A DNA stretch of 64,000 nucleotides, from NCBI GenBank assembly GCA_030152805.1, contig JASLIG010000020.1, forward strand, positions 173 through 64,172, read 5' to 3'. This DNA is from Solirubrobacterales bacterium. GTDB lineage: Bacteria; Actinomycetota; Thermoleophilia; Solirubrobacterales; 70-9. Positions 25,617-33,718 of this stretch are shown in pieces. The notes under the pieces were generated by a model. It ran no database searches. It worked only from the letters and a program-made list of their open reading frames with translations, and was not told the origin of the DNA. The first letter of the stretch is position 1. Each line of letters opens with the position of its first letter. The translations under genes and the position numbers were made by a program.

Positions 25617-26201
25617 TCAGGAAAGTACTTTGGCGGCGATTTGCTCGACGGTGCCCTTGGTCCTGATCGTGGTCGGGCCCAATGCCCCAGCGACCGCCTT
25701 CAGGTCGAGGTCCGAATCGGAAAGGCCGCCCCGCGGCAGCCAGTAGAGCTCCCGGCCCTGGATCGCGAGACGGTCGGCGTGGCTCGATAGCGCGAGGGCC
25801 TTCCTGCGGGCGGCCGCCGTCGGTTTCGCCGCCAGGAAGGCGATCTGCAGCTTCCCCTTGGATCTATCGTGCGCTGCGGAATCGAAGGGCTCGTGCTCGG
25901 CGACTTTCTGCAGCTCCGCCGCGCCGCGGAGGAAGACCGGGACCTCGTAGCCGAGCGCCTCGCCGAGCCCTGCTTCGATCCGCGCGGTCAGCGCCGCCTC
26001 CTCAGTGCTATCGCTGGAGAAGATCACGTTGCCGCTGGCGCGAAAGCAGGCCACGTCGGCAAAGCCAAGCTGCCCGAACTCCTTGCGCAGTTCCTCGTTC
26101 TTGATCCGGCGACCGCCGAGGTTCATTCCCCGCAGGAAGGCGACGTGGGTCTCACGGCCGCAACGATACGCGGCGGCAGATCTGGCGCCGCGTGCAAGCA
26201 T
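25617..26201 (-). CDS. DUF1697-family protein
   Basis: HVAFLRGMNLGGRRIKNEELRKEF…ASGNVIF matches the DUF1697 N-terminal signature. ATG 26201 is chosen because the 316-aa ORF extension has no family signal. Confidence 0.75.
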   Translation of the reverse strand: MLARGARSAAAYRCGRETHVAFLRGMNLGGRRIKNEELRKEFGQLGFADVACFRASGNVIFSSDSTEEAALTARIEAGLGEALGYEVPVFLRGAAELQKVAEHEPFDSAAHDRSKGKLQIAFLAAKPTAAARRKALALSSHADRLAIQGRELYWLPRGGLSDSDLDLKAVAGALGPTTIRTKGTVEQIAAKVLS

Positions 26202-26207
26202 GCGCCC

Positions 26208-26792
26208 GTGAGCACCGACTTCAACGAGCTGCCGGCCGGCCTGCCGGTTCCCGAGGACGACGGTGCCGCGGATCACCTCGAAGGGTCGCCTTTGCCGGAC
26301 CTGGCGCTGCCCTCGACCCAGGGCGGATCGCTGCCGCTGGTGGAAGCAGCGGGAAGCCGCCTGGTCGCCTACGTCTACCCCCGCACCGGCGTCCCTGGTC
26401 AGCCGTCGCCCACCGGCTGGGACGACATCCCGGGCGCCCGCGGCTGCACGCCGCAGAGCTGCGCCTACCGCGACGCCCTGGCGGAGTTCAGGCAACTCGG
26501 TGCCGCCGTCCTCGGCATCAGCGCCCAGAGCCCAACCGAACAGCGCGAGTTCGCCGAGCGCGAGCACATCCCCTTCCCCCTGCTCAGCGACCCCGACCTC
26601 GCGCTCGCCGAGGCGCTGCGACTCCCCACCTTCGAGGTCGGCGGAACGGCCCTATACAAGCGCCTCACCTTCGTCGCCAAAGCGGGCAGAATCGTCAGGG
26701 TCTTCTATCCCGTCTTCCCGCCCGACCGCAATGCCGGCGAGGTGCTCAGCTGGCTGCGCGGGTCTATCTCCAGTGGAGGCGGCCGGAATTGA
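26208..26792 (+). CDS. peroxiredoxin (AhpC/TSA-redoxin family)
   Basis: …YVYPRTGVPG…GCTPQSCAYRD…VLGISAQS… is a thioredoxin-fold peroxiredoxin pattern. GTG 26208 lies 6 nt from the divergent DUF1697 start. The last 19 nt overlap the ssrA 3' end. Confidence 0.8.
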   Translation: MSTDFNELPAGLPVPEDDGAADHLEGSPLPDLALPSTQGGSLPLVEAAGSRLVAYVYPRTGVPGQPSPTGWDDIPGARGCTPQSCAYRDALAEFRQLGAAVLGISAQSPTEQREFAEREHIPFPLLSDPDLALAEALRLPTFEVGGTALYKRLTFVAKAGRIVRVFYPVFPPDRNAGEVLSWLRGSISSGGGRN

Positions 26793-27132
26793 ACCGGCGT
26801 CCGAGGTCGTAGCGCGAAGGCTTCTACAGGTTTAGCCGGCGCTTGGTTCTCGTCTCCCGGGGTCCGCGCCGGCGGGCACTGCGGGAGACAGAGCCCTCTG
26901 AGATTTCCCCTGGCGGACGGGGCGATCCGCCTGGGTGAGCCCGCATTCTGAAGCCGGCTGCCCTCCCCGCGGGCGGGGGAGGACCGACTCTCATCGCCTA
27001 GGTTCTAGCTAGGCAGCGAGGGCGAACTCATGGTCCGCACGTATTGGTTTTTGCCGGTGTTTAACGAGGCCTCCGACAACCTCGACCTGCAACCGTTCGC
27101 ACGGACCGACCACGTCGAAGCCTGTCGCCCCC
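26774..27132 (-). ncRNA. ssrA: tmRNA (SsrA)
   Basis: The 5' end is GGGGGCGACAGGCTTCGACG. The 3' end is GGACGCCGGTTCAATTCCGGCCGCCTCCA. The 7-bp acceptor stem has a G3-U pair and the T-arm is GCCGG-TTCAATT-CCGGC. An internal tag ORF ends …ALAA-TAG. The CCA end is not encoded. smpB lies 3.3 kb away. Confidence 0.9.
27009..27038 (-). other. tmRNA tag-peptide reading frame, predicted ADHEFALAA plus TAG
   Basis: GCG GAC CAT GAG TTC GCC CTC GCT GCC TAG on the minus strand. The resume codon is inferred from the typical GCN start, so the tag could begin further upstream. Confidence 0.6.
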
Positions 27133-27149
27133 GTGCTATGTGTGGACCG

Positions 27150-27155
27150 ATTGTA
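27150..27155 (-). promoter_or_regulatory. candidate -10 element (TACAAT) of the ssrA precursor
   Basis: The minus strand reads TACAAT 17 nt upstream of the mature 5' end. This is consistent with a short leader removed by RNase P. The -35 element is weak. Confidence 0.3.
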
Positions 27156-27178
27156 CGGAGTCGGGTAGGAATACCAGC

Positions 27179-28546
27179 GTGGCCAAGGAGTTCGACGCGA
27201 TCGTGGTCGGCGCCGGGGCGCCGGGCGAGGTATGCGCCGGGCGCCTGGCCGACGGCGGCCTAACGGTCGCGATCGTCGAGCCGCACCTGGTCGGCGGCGA
27301 GTGCTCCTATTACGCCTGCATGCCTTCCAAGGCGCTGCTGCGGCCATCCGACCTGCTCGCCGAGGCGCGGCGGGTCCCCGGGATCGCGGTCAGCGACAAA
27401 CTCGATCCACAGGCCGTGCTCGACCGCCGCGACGAGGTGATCCACGACCTCGACGACTCCGGACAGCTCCCTTGGCTGGAAGAACGGGGTATCGAGCTCT
27501 TCCGCGACAGCGGCGCGCTCGACGGCGAGCGCCGGGTGCGGATCGGCGAGGAGGTGCTGAGCGCACGGCGCGCGATCGTGCTGGCCACCGGCAGCGGCGC
27601 GGCGATGCCGCCGATCGAGGGCCTCGACACGGTCGGGGCCTGGAACAACCGCCAGGGCACGGGTTCGAAGCACGTGCCGGAGAGCATGGTCGTGCTGGGC
27701 GGCGGCCCGGTGGGTTGCGAGCTCTCGCAGGCCTGGTCCTCGCTCGGCACCCGGGTGACCCTGATCGAGGGTGGCGAGCGCGTCCTCTCCCGCGAGGAGC
27801 CCTTCGCCGGAGAGGAAGTCGCCACCGCGCTGCGCGACCGACACGGCGTCGACGTCCGCACGGGAGCCCTAGCGCAGCGGGTCAGCCGCGCAGACGGCCT
27901 CGTTACGGTCGAGCTCGAGGACGGCAACGAGATGAAGGCCACAGAGATCCTCGTCGCCGTCGGGCGCAAACCGCGCAGCGCCGGGATTGGCCTGGAGACC
28001 GTCGGCGTGGAGCCCGGCGAGCGAGGCTTCATCGAGACCGACGACCGCCTGCGGGTGAACGGCAACGAGTGGCTCTACGCGATCGGCGATGTCAACGGGC
28101 GGGCCCTGTTCACCCACATGGGCAAGTACCAGGCCTGGGTCGCCGCCGAGAACGCGCTGGGACGCCAGGTCGAAGCGGGCGCGGAAGCGATCGGCTCGCC
28201 CCGCGTCACCTTCACCGACCCCCAGGTGGCCGCCGCCGGAAAGACGCTGGCGCAGGCGCGGGATGCGGGCATCGATGCCAGAGTCGTCGACGTCCCCACC
28301 GACGGCACCGCCGGCGCCAGCTTCCAGGGCAGGGAAACCGGCGGCACCTCCCGCATCGTCGTCGACGAGTCGCGCCAAGTGATCGTCGGGGCCACCTTCA
28401 CCGGCTTCGAGACCGCCGACTTCCTCCACGCCGCCACCGTCGCAATAGTCGGCGAAGTCCCCCTCCCCAAGCTAAGACATGCGGTTGCCGCATACCCAAG
28501 CCGCAGCGAGATCTGGCTAAAGCTCCTCGAGGCCTACGGTCTGTAG
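27179..28546 (+). CDS. class I pyridine nucleotide-disulfide oxidoreductase (dihydrolipoyl dehydrogenase / mercuric reductase-like family)
   Basis: FAD motif VVGAGAPGE, redox centre GGECSYYACMPSK (CxxxxC), NAD motif VVLGGGPVGCE, and a C-terminal H…P..SE dimerisation motif. GTG 27179 is chosen to avoid overlapping the ssrA 5' end. Confidence 0.85.
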   Translation: MAKEFDAIVVGAGAPGEVCAGRLADGGLTVAIVEPHLVGGECSYYACMPSKALLRPSDLLAEARRVPGIAVSDKLDPQAVLDRRDEVIHDLDDSGQLPWLEERGIELFRDSGALDGERRVRIGEEVLSARRAIVLATGSGAAMPPIEGLDTVGAWNNRQGTGSKHVPESMVVLGGGPVGCELSQAWSSLGTRVTLIEGGERVLSREEPFAGEEVATALRDRHGVDVRTGALAQRVSRADGLVTVELEDGNEMKATEILVAVGRKPRSAGIGLETVGVEPGERGFIETDDRLRVNGNEWLYAIGDVNGRALFTHMGKYQAWVAAENALGRQVEAGAEAIGSPRVTFTDPQVAAAGKTLAQARDAGIDARVVDVPTDGTAGASFQGRETGGTSRIVVDESRQVIVGATFTGFETADFLHAATVAIVGEVPLPKLRHAVAAYPSRSEIWLKLLEAYGL

Positions 28547-28559
28547 CACCAGCCTGCTG

Positions 28560-28686
28560 AGCGATCCCCAGTAGGGGTGGAGCGTCTTGTACTTTTTCGG
28601 CAACCCCTTGCGGCGCCAGCCACCGCGTCTCCACCGAAAAAGTTAAGCGGAACCCCTACTGGGGATCGCTGGTTAAGCGGAACCCC
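28560..28686. repeat. 111-bp imperfect palindromic element followed by a 15-bp direct repeat
   Basis: The 19-bp perfect inverted repeats AGCGATCCCCAGTAGGGGT (28560-28578) and ACCCCTACTGGGGATCGCT (28652-28670) flank it. An inner inverted repeat pairs ACTTTTTCGG (28591-28600) with CCGAAAAAGT (28634-28643). The direct repeat GTTAAGCGGAACCCC occurs at 28642-28656 and 28672-28686. The element lies between convergent genes. Confidence 0.6.
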
Positions 28687-28699
28687 CGCTGAAGCCCGC

Positions 28700-30433
28700 T
28701 CAGACCTGAGAGCGGCGCTTCAGGTCTTCAAGCACGTCCTGGGGAAAGCCCGGCACCTCGTCGAGATCGTCGACGGACGCAAAGCGCCCTAGCCGCTCGC
28801 GATGGGCGAGCAGGCGGGTCGCCTGCGTTACCGAGAGGTTCTCGGCGCGCAGCTGCTCAAAGCTGACCGAGTTGAGATCGATCGTGGCACCGGAAGCGGC
28901 TGCCGGCGCCGGCGGCTCTGGGGTCGCCGGCGGCGTCGGCGGCGCTGGTGTGGGTGGAGGCGGAGTCGGCTGCGGTGACGGAGTCGGCGCGGGCGGAATC
29001 GGGCTCGGCGGAACCGGCTCTGGCGCGGGCGGAACGGGCGGCCCGGGGTCGGGAGCCGGAGGCGTGGGCTCGGGCGTCGGCGGCGGAGCGGGTGGGGTCG
29101 GTTGCGGAGACACCTGTCCGGACTGGCCCCCGCCCTGCACGGACTGGATCACCGCCTGCTCGGCCGCGGCGGCGCGCCGCTCGGCCTCGCGAGCGCGCTC
29201 TTCCGCCTGGGCGACGCTGTCGCGGATCTCCTGCAGCCTCCGCTCGCGCTCCTCCTCTTCGGACTTCAGCTTCGCCAGGCGCTCCGCCTCGGCCGCGCGG
29301 CGCTCCGCCTCCTTGGTGCGCTCTTCGATCTGGCGCAACCGCTCCTGCGCCTCGGCCATCGCCCGCTCCTGCGCTTCGCGTTCCTGCTGCAAGCGCTGCT
29401 CGGCGGTCTCCAGGCCGGCAACCGCGGCTGCCTCGCCGGTCGGCGGCGCCGTGGGCGCCTGTGAAGCCGGAGGCGAGACCGAGGGCATGCTCTGCGTCAC
29501 CGGGCCCGCTTGAGCGCGCGCGGCGCGCTCTTCGGCCTCGCGCTGCTGGCGCTCGGCCTCCTGGATGCGCCGGTCGGCCTCGGCTCGGATCCGTTCCTCC
29601 TCGCGCTGGATCTCGGCCACCTTGTCCTGAACGCGCTGTTCGGCGACGGCCGGGTCCTCGTAGCCGAGGGGGGCGCCGGGGGCCACGGGCGCGAGGGGCG
29701 GCGTGGGTTGAGCAGCGGGCGGAAGCGGTGGCGTCGTGACCGGTTCGGGGGGGACCGGAGGCACCATCGGTGGCGGCACCGGCGCAAGGGGTGGCTGCGG
29801 CGGCGGCGCGCCCTGCTGAAGCTGTTCGCGCTCGTGCGCGGCGCGCGCCTCGGCCAGCTGGCGTTCGGCCTTGGCGGCTTCCTTGCGCGCCCGCCGGCTG
29901 TCGGCGCGGCCGCCCTTGCCCGCCGGCTTCTGGCGACGTTCGGCGCGCTTTGCGACCCGTTCTTCCTTGCGGCGCTTGGCCTCCTCCTGGCGCCGCTTGC
30001 GGTGCTCGAGGCGGGCGGCGCGCTGCTGCTCGCGAGCCTGCTTGCGCTTCTCCTTGGCGTTCGCCGGCGGCACCGCGGCCGGTGGCGGCGTCGAGCCGCT
30101 CGGCGGGGCCCCGGGGGGCGGGGTCGCCGGCAGCTCCGCCGTCTGTGCCTGCGCCGGGGCGGCCATCGGTGGAGGCGCCTGCGCCGGGGGCGGCGGGGGT
30201 TGCGGCGTGCCCGGCTTGGTGGCCTTCTCCTTGTTGCGCCGCTGGGTGATGCTGATCACCAGCAGGAGCAGCAGAATCGCCGCAACCAGTCCGCCGACGA
30301 AGTACTGGATGTGATCGCTGACGAAATCGCCCGCCTCGCTGGGGAAGGATTCAGCCTGGGCCTGCGCAGGGATGGCCAGAGCCAGAGCGATGAGGGTCAC
30401 CGTGGACCACAGCAGGGCAATCCTGGAACGCAT
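28700..30433 (-). CDS. membrane-anchored Pro-rich/coiled-coil protein with a C-terminal ComEA-like helix-hairpin-helix domain
   Basis: Start at ATG 30433 (MRSRIALLW…AQAQA signal peptide). One TM helix (FVGGLVAAILLLLLVISIT) is followed by QRRNKEK. Long PxP and E/R/A-rich segments follow. The C-terminus LNSVSFEQLRAENLSVTQATRLLAHRERLGRFASVDDLDEVPGF is HhH/ComEA-like. Confidence 0.7.
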   Translation of the reverse strand: MRSRIALLWSTVTLIALALAIPAQAQAESFPSEAGDFVSDHIQYFVGGLVAAILLLLLVISITQRRNKEKATKPGTPQPPPPPAQAPPPMAAPAQAQTAELPATPPPGAPPSGSTPPPAAVPPANAKEKRKQAREQQRAARLEHRKRRQEEAKRRKEERVAKRAERRQKPAGKGGRADSRRARKEAAKAERQLAEARAAHEREQLQQGAPPPQPPLAPVPPPMVPPVPPEPVTTPPLPPAAQPTPPLAPVAPGAPLGYEDPAVAEQRVQDKVAEIQREEERIRAEADRRIQEAERQQREAEERAARAQAGPVTQSMPSVSPPASQAPTAPPTGEAAAVAGLETAEQRLQQEREAQERAMAEAQERLRQIEERTKEAERRAAEAERLAKLKSEEEERERRLQEIRDSVAQAEERAREAERRAAAAEQAVIQSVQGGGQSGQVSPQPTPPAPPPTPEPTPPAPDPGPPVPPAPEPVPPSPIPPAPTPSPQPTPPPPTPAPPTPPATPEPPAPAAASGATIDLNSVSFEQLRAENLSVTQATRLLAHRERLGRFASVDDLDEVPGFPQDVLEDLKRRSQV

Positions 30434-30444
30434 CGGTCCCGAAG

Positions 30445-30930
30445 CTACCTCATCCGGCCCTTGAATTCCCGCTCGACTTCCCGGCGCACGTCGCGGTCCG
30501 CGATCTCCCGCCGCCGGTCGCGGCCCTCCTTGCCGCGTGCCAGCGCCAGCTCCACCTTCGCCCGCGGCCCTTTGAAGTAGATGCGAAGCGGGATCAGCGT
30601 CAGGCCTTTCTCCGCGGTCTTGCCGATCAGCCGTTCGATCTCGGCCTTGTGCAGGAGCAGCTTGCGCGGGCGCTCCGGCTCGTGGTTCTCGCGGCTTGCC
30701 GGTTCGTAGGGCGGGATATGCAGGTTGCGCAGCCAAACCTCCCCCCTCTCTACCACCGCGTAGGCGTCGGTCATCTGCGCCTTGCCCCCGCGCAGGGACT
30801 TCACCTCGGAGCCCAGCAGAACGATCCCCGCCTCCATCTTTTCCACCGGTTCGAACTTGTGGCGGGCCCGCCGGTTGGTGGCGACATCGCCGGAGGCAGG
30901 CTGGCGCTGCGCCTTCTGCTTCTTAGCCAT
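30445..30930 (-). CDS. smpB: SsrA-binding protein
   Basis: 161 aa. …FEPVEKMEAGIVLLGSEVKSLR… and the basic C-terminal tail are typical of SmpB. Confidence 0.95.
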   Translation of the reverse strand: MAKKQKAQRQPASGDVATNRRARHKFEPVEKMEAGIVLLGSEVKSLRGGKAQMTDAYAVVERGEVWLRNLHIPPYEPASRENHEPERPRKLLLHKAEIERLIGKTAEKGLTLIPLRIYFKGPRAKVELALARGKEGRDRRREIADRDVRREVEREFKGRMR

Positions 30931-32533
30931 CGACGAGCTCCAGGTCGACCCTGCCGCGCTCGGGGGCCACGTCGGCCACCCGGACGGATATCGGATCGCC
31001 GAGGCGCAGGGTGCGCTTCGTCTCGCGACCGACGAGCGCGGTCTCGGTCCCGTTCAGCTCAAAGCGCTCCTCGCCCATCGTCCGGGCGGGAACGAAGCCC
31101 TCGTAGACGTCACCGAGCTCACCGGCGAAAGCGACGAAGGCCCCGGCGCGGATCGCGCCGGAGACCTCGCCGGAAAATCGCGCGTCCTCCCCGTGCTCGT
31201 CCAGCTCTCGCTGCAGCAGATAGGCGGCGCAGACGTCGTCGGCATCGCGCTCGATCCGGGCCGACTCGCGCTCCTGCTCGCTGCAGTGCCAAGCAACCTC
31301 GCGCGCGTCCGCCGCCCGCGGCGCCTCCTCACCCTCGCCCAGGGTCGCCAGCAGGGCCCGGTGGACGAGTAGGTCCGGGTAGCGGCGGATCGGCGAGGTG
31401 AAGTGGCAGTAGGCGGGGCTGCCCAGGCCGGCGTGGCCGCTGTTGCGATCGCTGTAGGAGGCTTGCATCAGGGAGCGGAGCACGAGCGATGTATACGCCT
31501 CGCGGCCGTGCCCGCGCCGCTTGGCCTCCTCGAGCACCAGCCGGCTTGCCTCGGCCGCGACCTGACCGGCCTGGCCTGGGGCGAGGCCCTGACCAAGCGG
31601 CGGGGTCGGCAGGCCGAGCGCGTGCAGCTGCTCGATCAGGCGCTCGATCCGCAAGGGGTCGGGCGCCGGGTGAACGCGGTAGACGGTGGGCACCCGCTTG
31701 CGCTCCAGCAGTTGCGCGACCTGTTCGTTGGCGAGGACCATCAGCCGCTCGATCAGGCGATGGGACTCGGTCTGCTCGACCGAGTGAGCACCGACCGCGC
31801 TGCCGTCCGCGTCGAAGCGGAACTCGGGCTCGGCGGACTCGATGTCCAGGCTCGCACCGCCGCGGCGCTCGCCGAGGGACGCGGCGGCCTCCCGCGCAGC
31901 CGCCAGTGGCCCGGCCACGCCCTCCTGGGCAGCGGCCTTCCCGGCAAAGACGAGGTCGAGCTGGTCGTAGTCGAGGCGAGCCTGGGAGCGGATGCGGCTG
32001 CGGTAGAAGCTCGCCGCCGCCGGCACCCCGTTCGGGCTGAGCTCAATCTCGGCGCTCACCGCCAGCCGCTCGACCCCTGGCGCCAGGCTGCAGGCGTCCT
32101 CGCTCAGCGCTCGCGGCAGCATCGGCTCGACCGCACCCGGCGCGTAGGTGCTGTTGGCTCGCCGGCGCGCCTCGAGGTCAAGCGGGGTGCCCGGCCTGAC
32201 GTGAGCGGCCACGTCAGCGATGTGGACCCAGACGCGCCAGCCGTCCTCCTCGCGCTGCGCCGAGACGGCATCGTCGAAATCGCGCGCCGTCGACGGGTCG
32301 ACCGTGAAGGTCGCCAGCGCGGTGAGGTCGCGGCGACGCAAACCGTTCGTCTCCGCGGCGTCGGCGGCCCGCCCGGCTTCAGCCTCCAGCGCGGCGGGAA
32401 AGCCCCGCCTCTCGAGGCGCTCCTCCAGCAGCGCCTCGACCGCCTCGCGCGCGTTCCGCGGCTGCTCTCGCTTGCGCCCGCGTCCGCGCGCCCGCTGCCG
32501 CTCCCGGTAGTAACGCCAATCCCGCCGGCTCAC
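30923..32533 (-). CDS. rnr: RNase II/R-family 3'-5' exoribonuclease, short form (RNB plus S1 domains, no N-terminal cold-shock domains)
   Basis: RNB motifs (DPSTARDFDDAVS, …HAGLGSPAYCHFTSPIRRYPDLLVHR…) and a C-terminal S1-like domain. The N-terminus is a basic R-rich stretch. It overlaps smpB by 8 nt. Confidence 0.85.
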   Translation of the reverse strand: MSRRDWRYYRERQRARGRGRKREQPRNAREAVEALLEERLERRGFPAALEAEAGRAADAAETNGLRRRDLTALATFTVDPSTARDFDDAVSAQREEDGWRVWVHIADVAAHVRPGTPLDLEARRRANSTYAPGAVEPMLPRALSEDACSLAPGVERLAVSAEIELSPNGVPAAASFYRSRIRSQARLDYDQLDLVFAGKAAAQEGVAGPLAAAREAAASLGERRGGASLDIESAEPEFRFDADGSAVGAHSVEQTESHRLIERLMVLANEQVAQLLERKRVPTVYRVHPAPDPLRIERLIEQLHALGLPTPPLGQGLAPGQAGQVAAEASRLVLEEAKRRGHGREAYTSLVLRSLMQASYSDRNSGHAGLGSPAYCHFTSPIRRYPDLLVHRALLATLGEGEEAPRAADAREVAWHCSEQERESARIERDADDVCAAYLLQRELDEHGEDARFSGEVSGAIRAGAFVAFAGELGDVYEGFVPARTMGEERFELNGTETALVGRETKRTLRLGDPISVRVADVAPERGRVDLELVDG

Positions 32534-33711
32534 TGGGCCGCGAGAACGTCGAAAGCCCGTTCCAGGGCCTCGTCGGGAGCCGTGCGCGGGTCGTCGGCGA
32601 CTTTTACCTCGGGGTGGATGCCGTGGCTCCTGGCCAGGTTGACCCCCTCCGGAGTGAAGTACTCGCCAATCGTCAGCTTCAGCGCGCCGCCGTTGGAGAG
32701 ACCGACCTCCTGCTGGAAGACGCCCTTGCCGTAGGAGCGGGTGCCGACGACCCGCGCGTCGGCGTCGTCGGCGAGCGCCGCAGTGAGGATCTCCGCCGCC
32801 GAGGCGGTGTTTCGGTCGATCAGCACCACGATCGGCAGCGCCCTCAGGTTGTCGCCAACGGTCTCGTAGACGGCGTGGCCCTGGGTGCGCGAGTCGGTGG
32901 TGACGACCACCTGGTCCTTGGGCAGGAAGACGCTCGCCGTCAGCACCGCCTCCTCGAGCAGCCCGCCGCCGTTGCCCCGCAGGTCGAGCACGATGCCTTC
33001 GGCACCCTTCTTCTCGACCTTTTCCACCGCTTCGCGCAGCGCCGCATGAGCCCCTTCGCTGAAGGAGATCAGCTGCACGTAGCCGAGCGTACGATCGCCT
33101 ACCCGCTTGACCCGGCTGCTCACCACCGGCAGCGAGATCTGTTCGCGCGTCACCTCGACTTCTCGCGCCTTGCCGTCCGGCTCGGCTCGCACCCCGATCG
33201 TCACGTCCGAGCCTTCCGGGCCTTTGATCTTTTCGGTCGAGACCTGGCTGCTCTGGCCGGCGATCGAGTCGCCTTCGACGGAGACGATCACGTCGCCCGC
33301 CTCGATCCCCGCCCGCTGCGCCGGCGAATGCGGGAAAACGCCGTCGACGCGCAGGCCCTCCTTCACCTGCGTGACGGTCAGGCCGATGCCGGAGAAGTGG
33401 CCCGAGATCGCTTCGTCGAAACGAGCCAACGCCTCGGGGGAGAAGTAGTCGGAGAAGCGGTCGTGGTGGCGGCGTCGCAGCTCGCGAACCATGCCCTGCA
33501 GCGAGGCGTTGGTCAGCTCGCCGGAGCCGACCGGGCGGTAGTAGTTGTCCTCGATCAGTTCGGTCGCTTCCAGGTTGAGCCCGGCGGCGTCGTCGACGAA
33601 GCGGTCGCGGAGGAATTCGGGCAGCTTGGCGGGGTGGCCACCGAGCCAGATGCCGGCGCAGAGGACGACGATCAGGGCGGCCGCGAGGGCCGCGATCCGG
33701 CCGGCCCTCAC
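32530..33711 (-). CDS. ctpA: S41-family C-terminal processing peptidase with a PDZ domain
   Basis: An N-terminal TM anchor, a PDZ segment (…GLTVTQVKEGLRV…PAQRAGIEAGDVI…), and the catalytic context …LDLRGNGGG… / …ASAAEI…. Confidence 0.88.
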   Translation of the reverse strand: MRAGRIAALAAALIVVLCAGIWLGGHPAKLPEFLRDRFVDDAAGLNLEATELIEDNYYRPVGSGELTNASLQGMVRELRRRHHDRFSDYFSPEALARFDEAISGHFSGIGLTVTQVKEGLRVDGVFPHSPAQRAGIEAGDVIVSVEGDSIAGQSSQVSTEKIKGPEGSDVTIGVRAEPDGKAREVEVTREQISLPVVSSRVKRVGDRTLGYVQLISFSEGAHAALREAVEKVEKKGAEGIVLDLRGNGGGLLEEAVLTASVFLPKDQVVVTTDSRTQGHAVYETVGDNLRALPIVVLIDRNTASAAEILTAALADDADARVVGTRSYGKGVFQQEVGLSNGGALKLTIGEYFTPEGVNLARSHGIHPEVKVADDPRTAPDEALERAFDVLAAQ

Positions 33712-33718
33712 GGCGCGA

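Noticed and set aside
22094-26792. A possible genomic island integrated at the 3' end of ssrA. The segment includes the low-GC protease, the lower-GC small ORFs and accessory redox genes on the 3' side of the tmRNA.
   Set aside because: I found no integrase or excisionase. I could find no second copy of the ssrA 3' end (…GGTTCAATTCCGGCCGCCTCCA) that would mark a distal att site. Most genes in the interval have host-like GC. Only the protease itself looks foreign.
28870-29110. Repetitive GC-rich DNA (ggcgg/ggagc periodicity) that could be mistaken for a tandem-repeat or CRISPR-like array.
   Set aside because: It is the coding sequence of the PxP-rich low-complexity segment of the ComEA-like protein. 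There are no regular repeat-spacer units.
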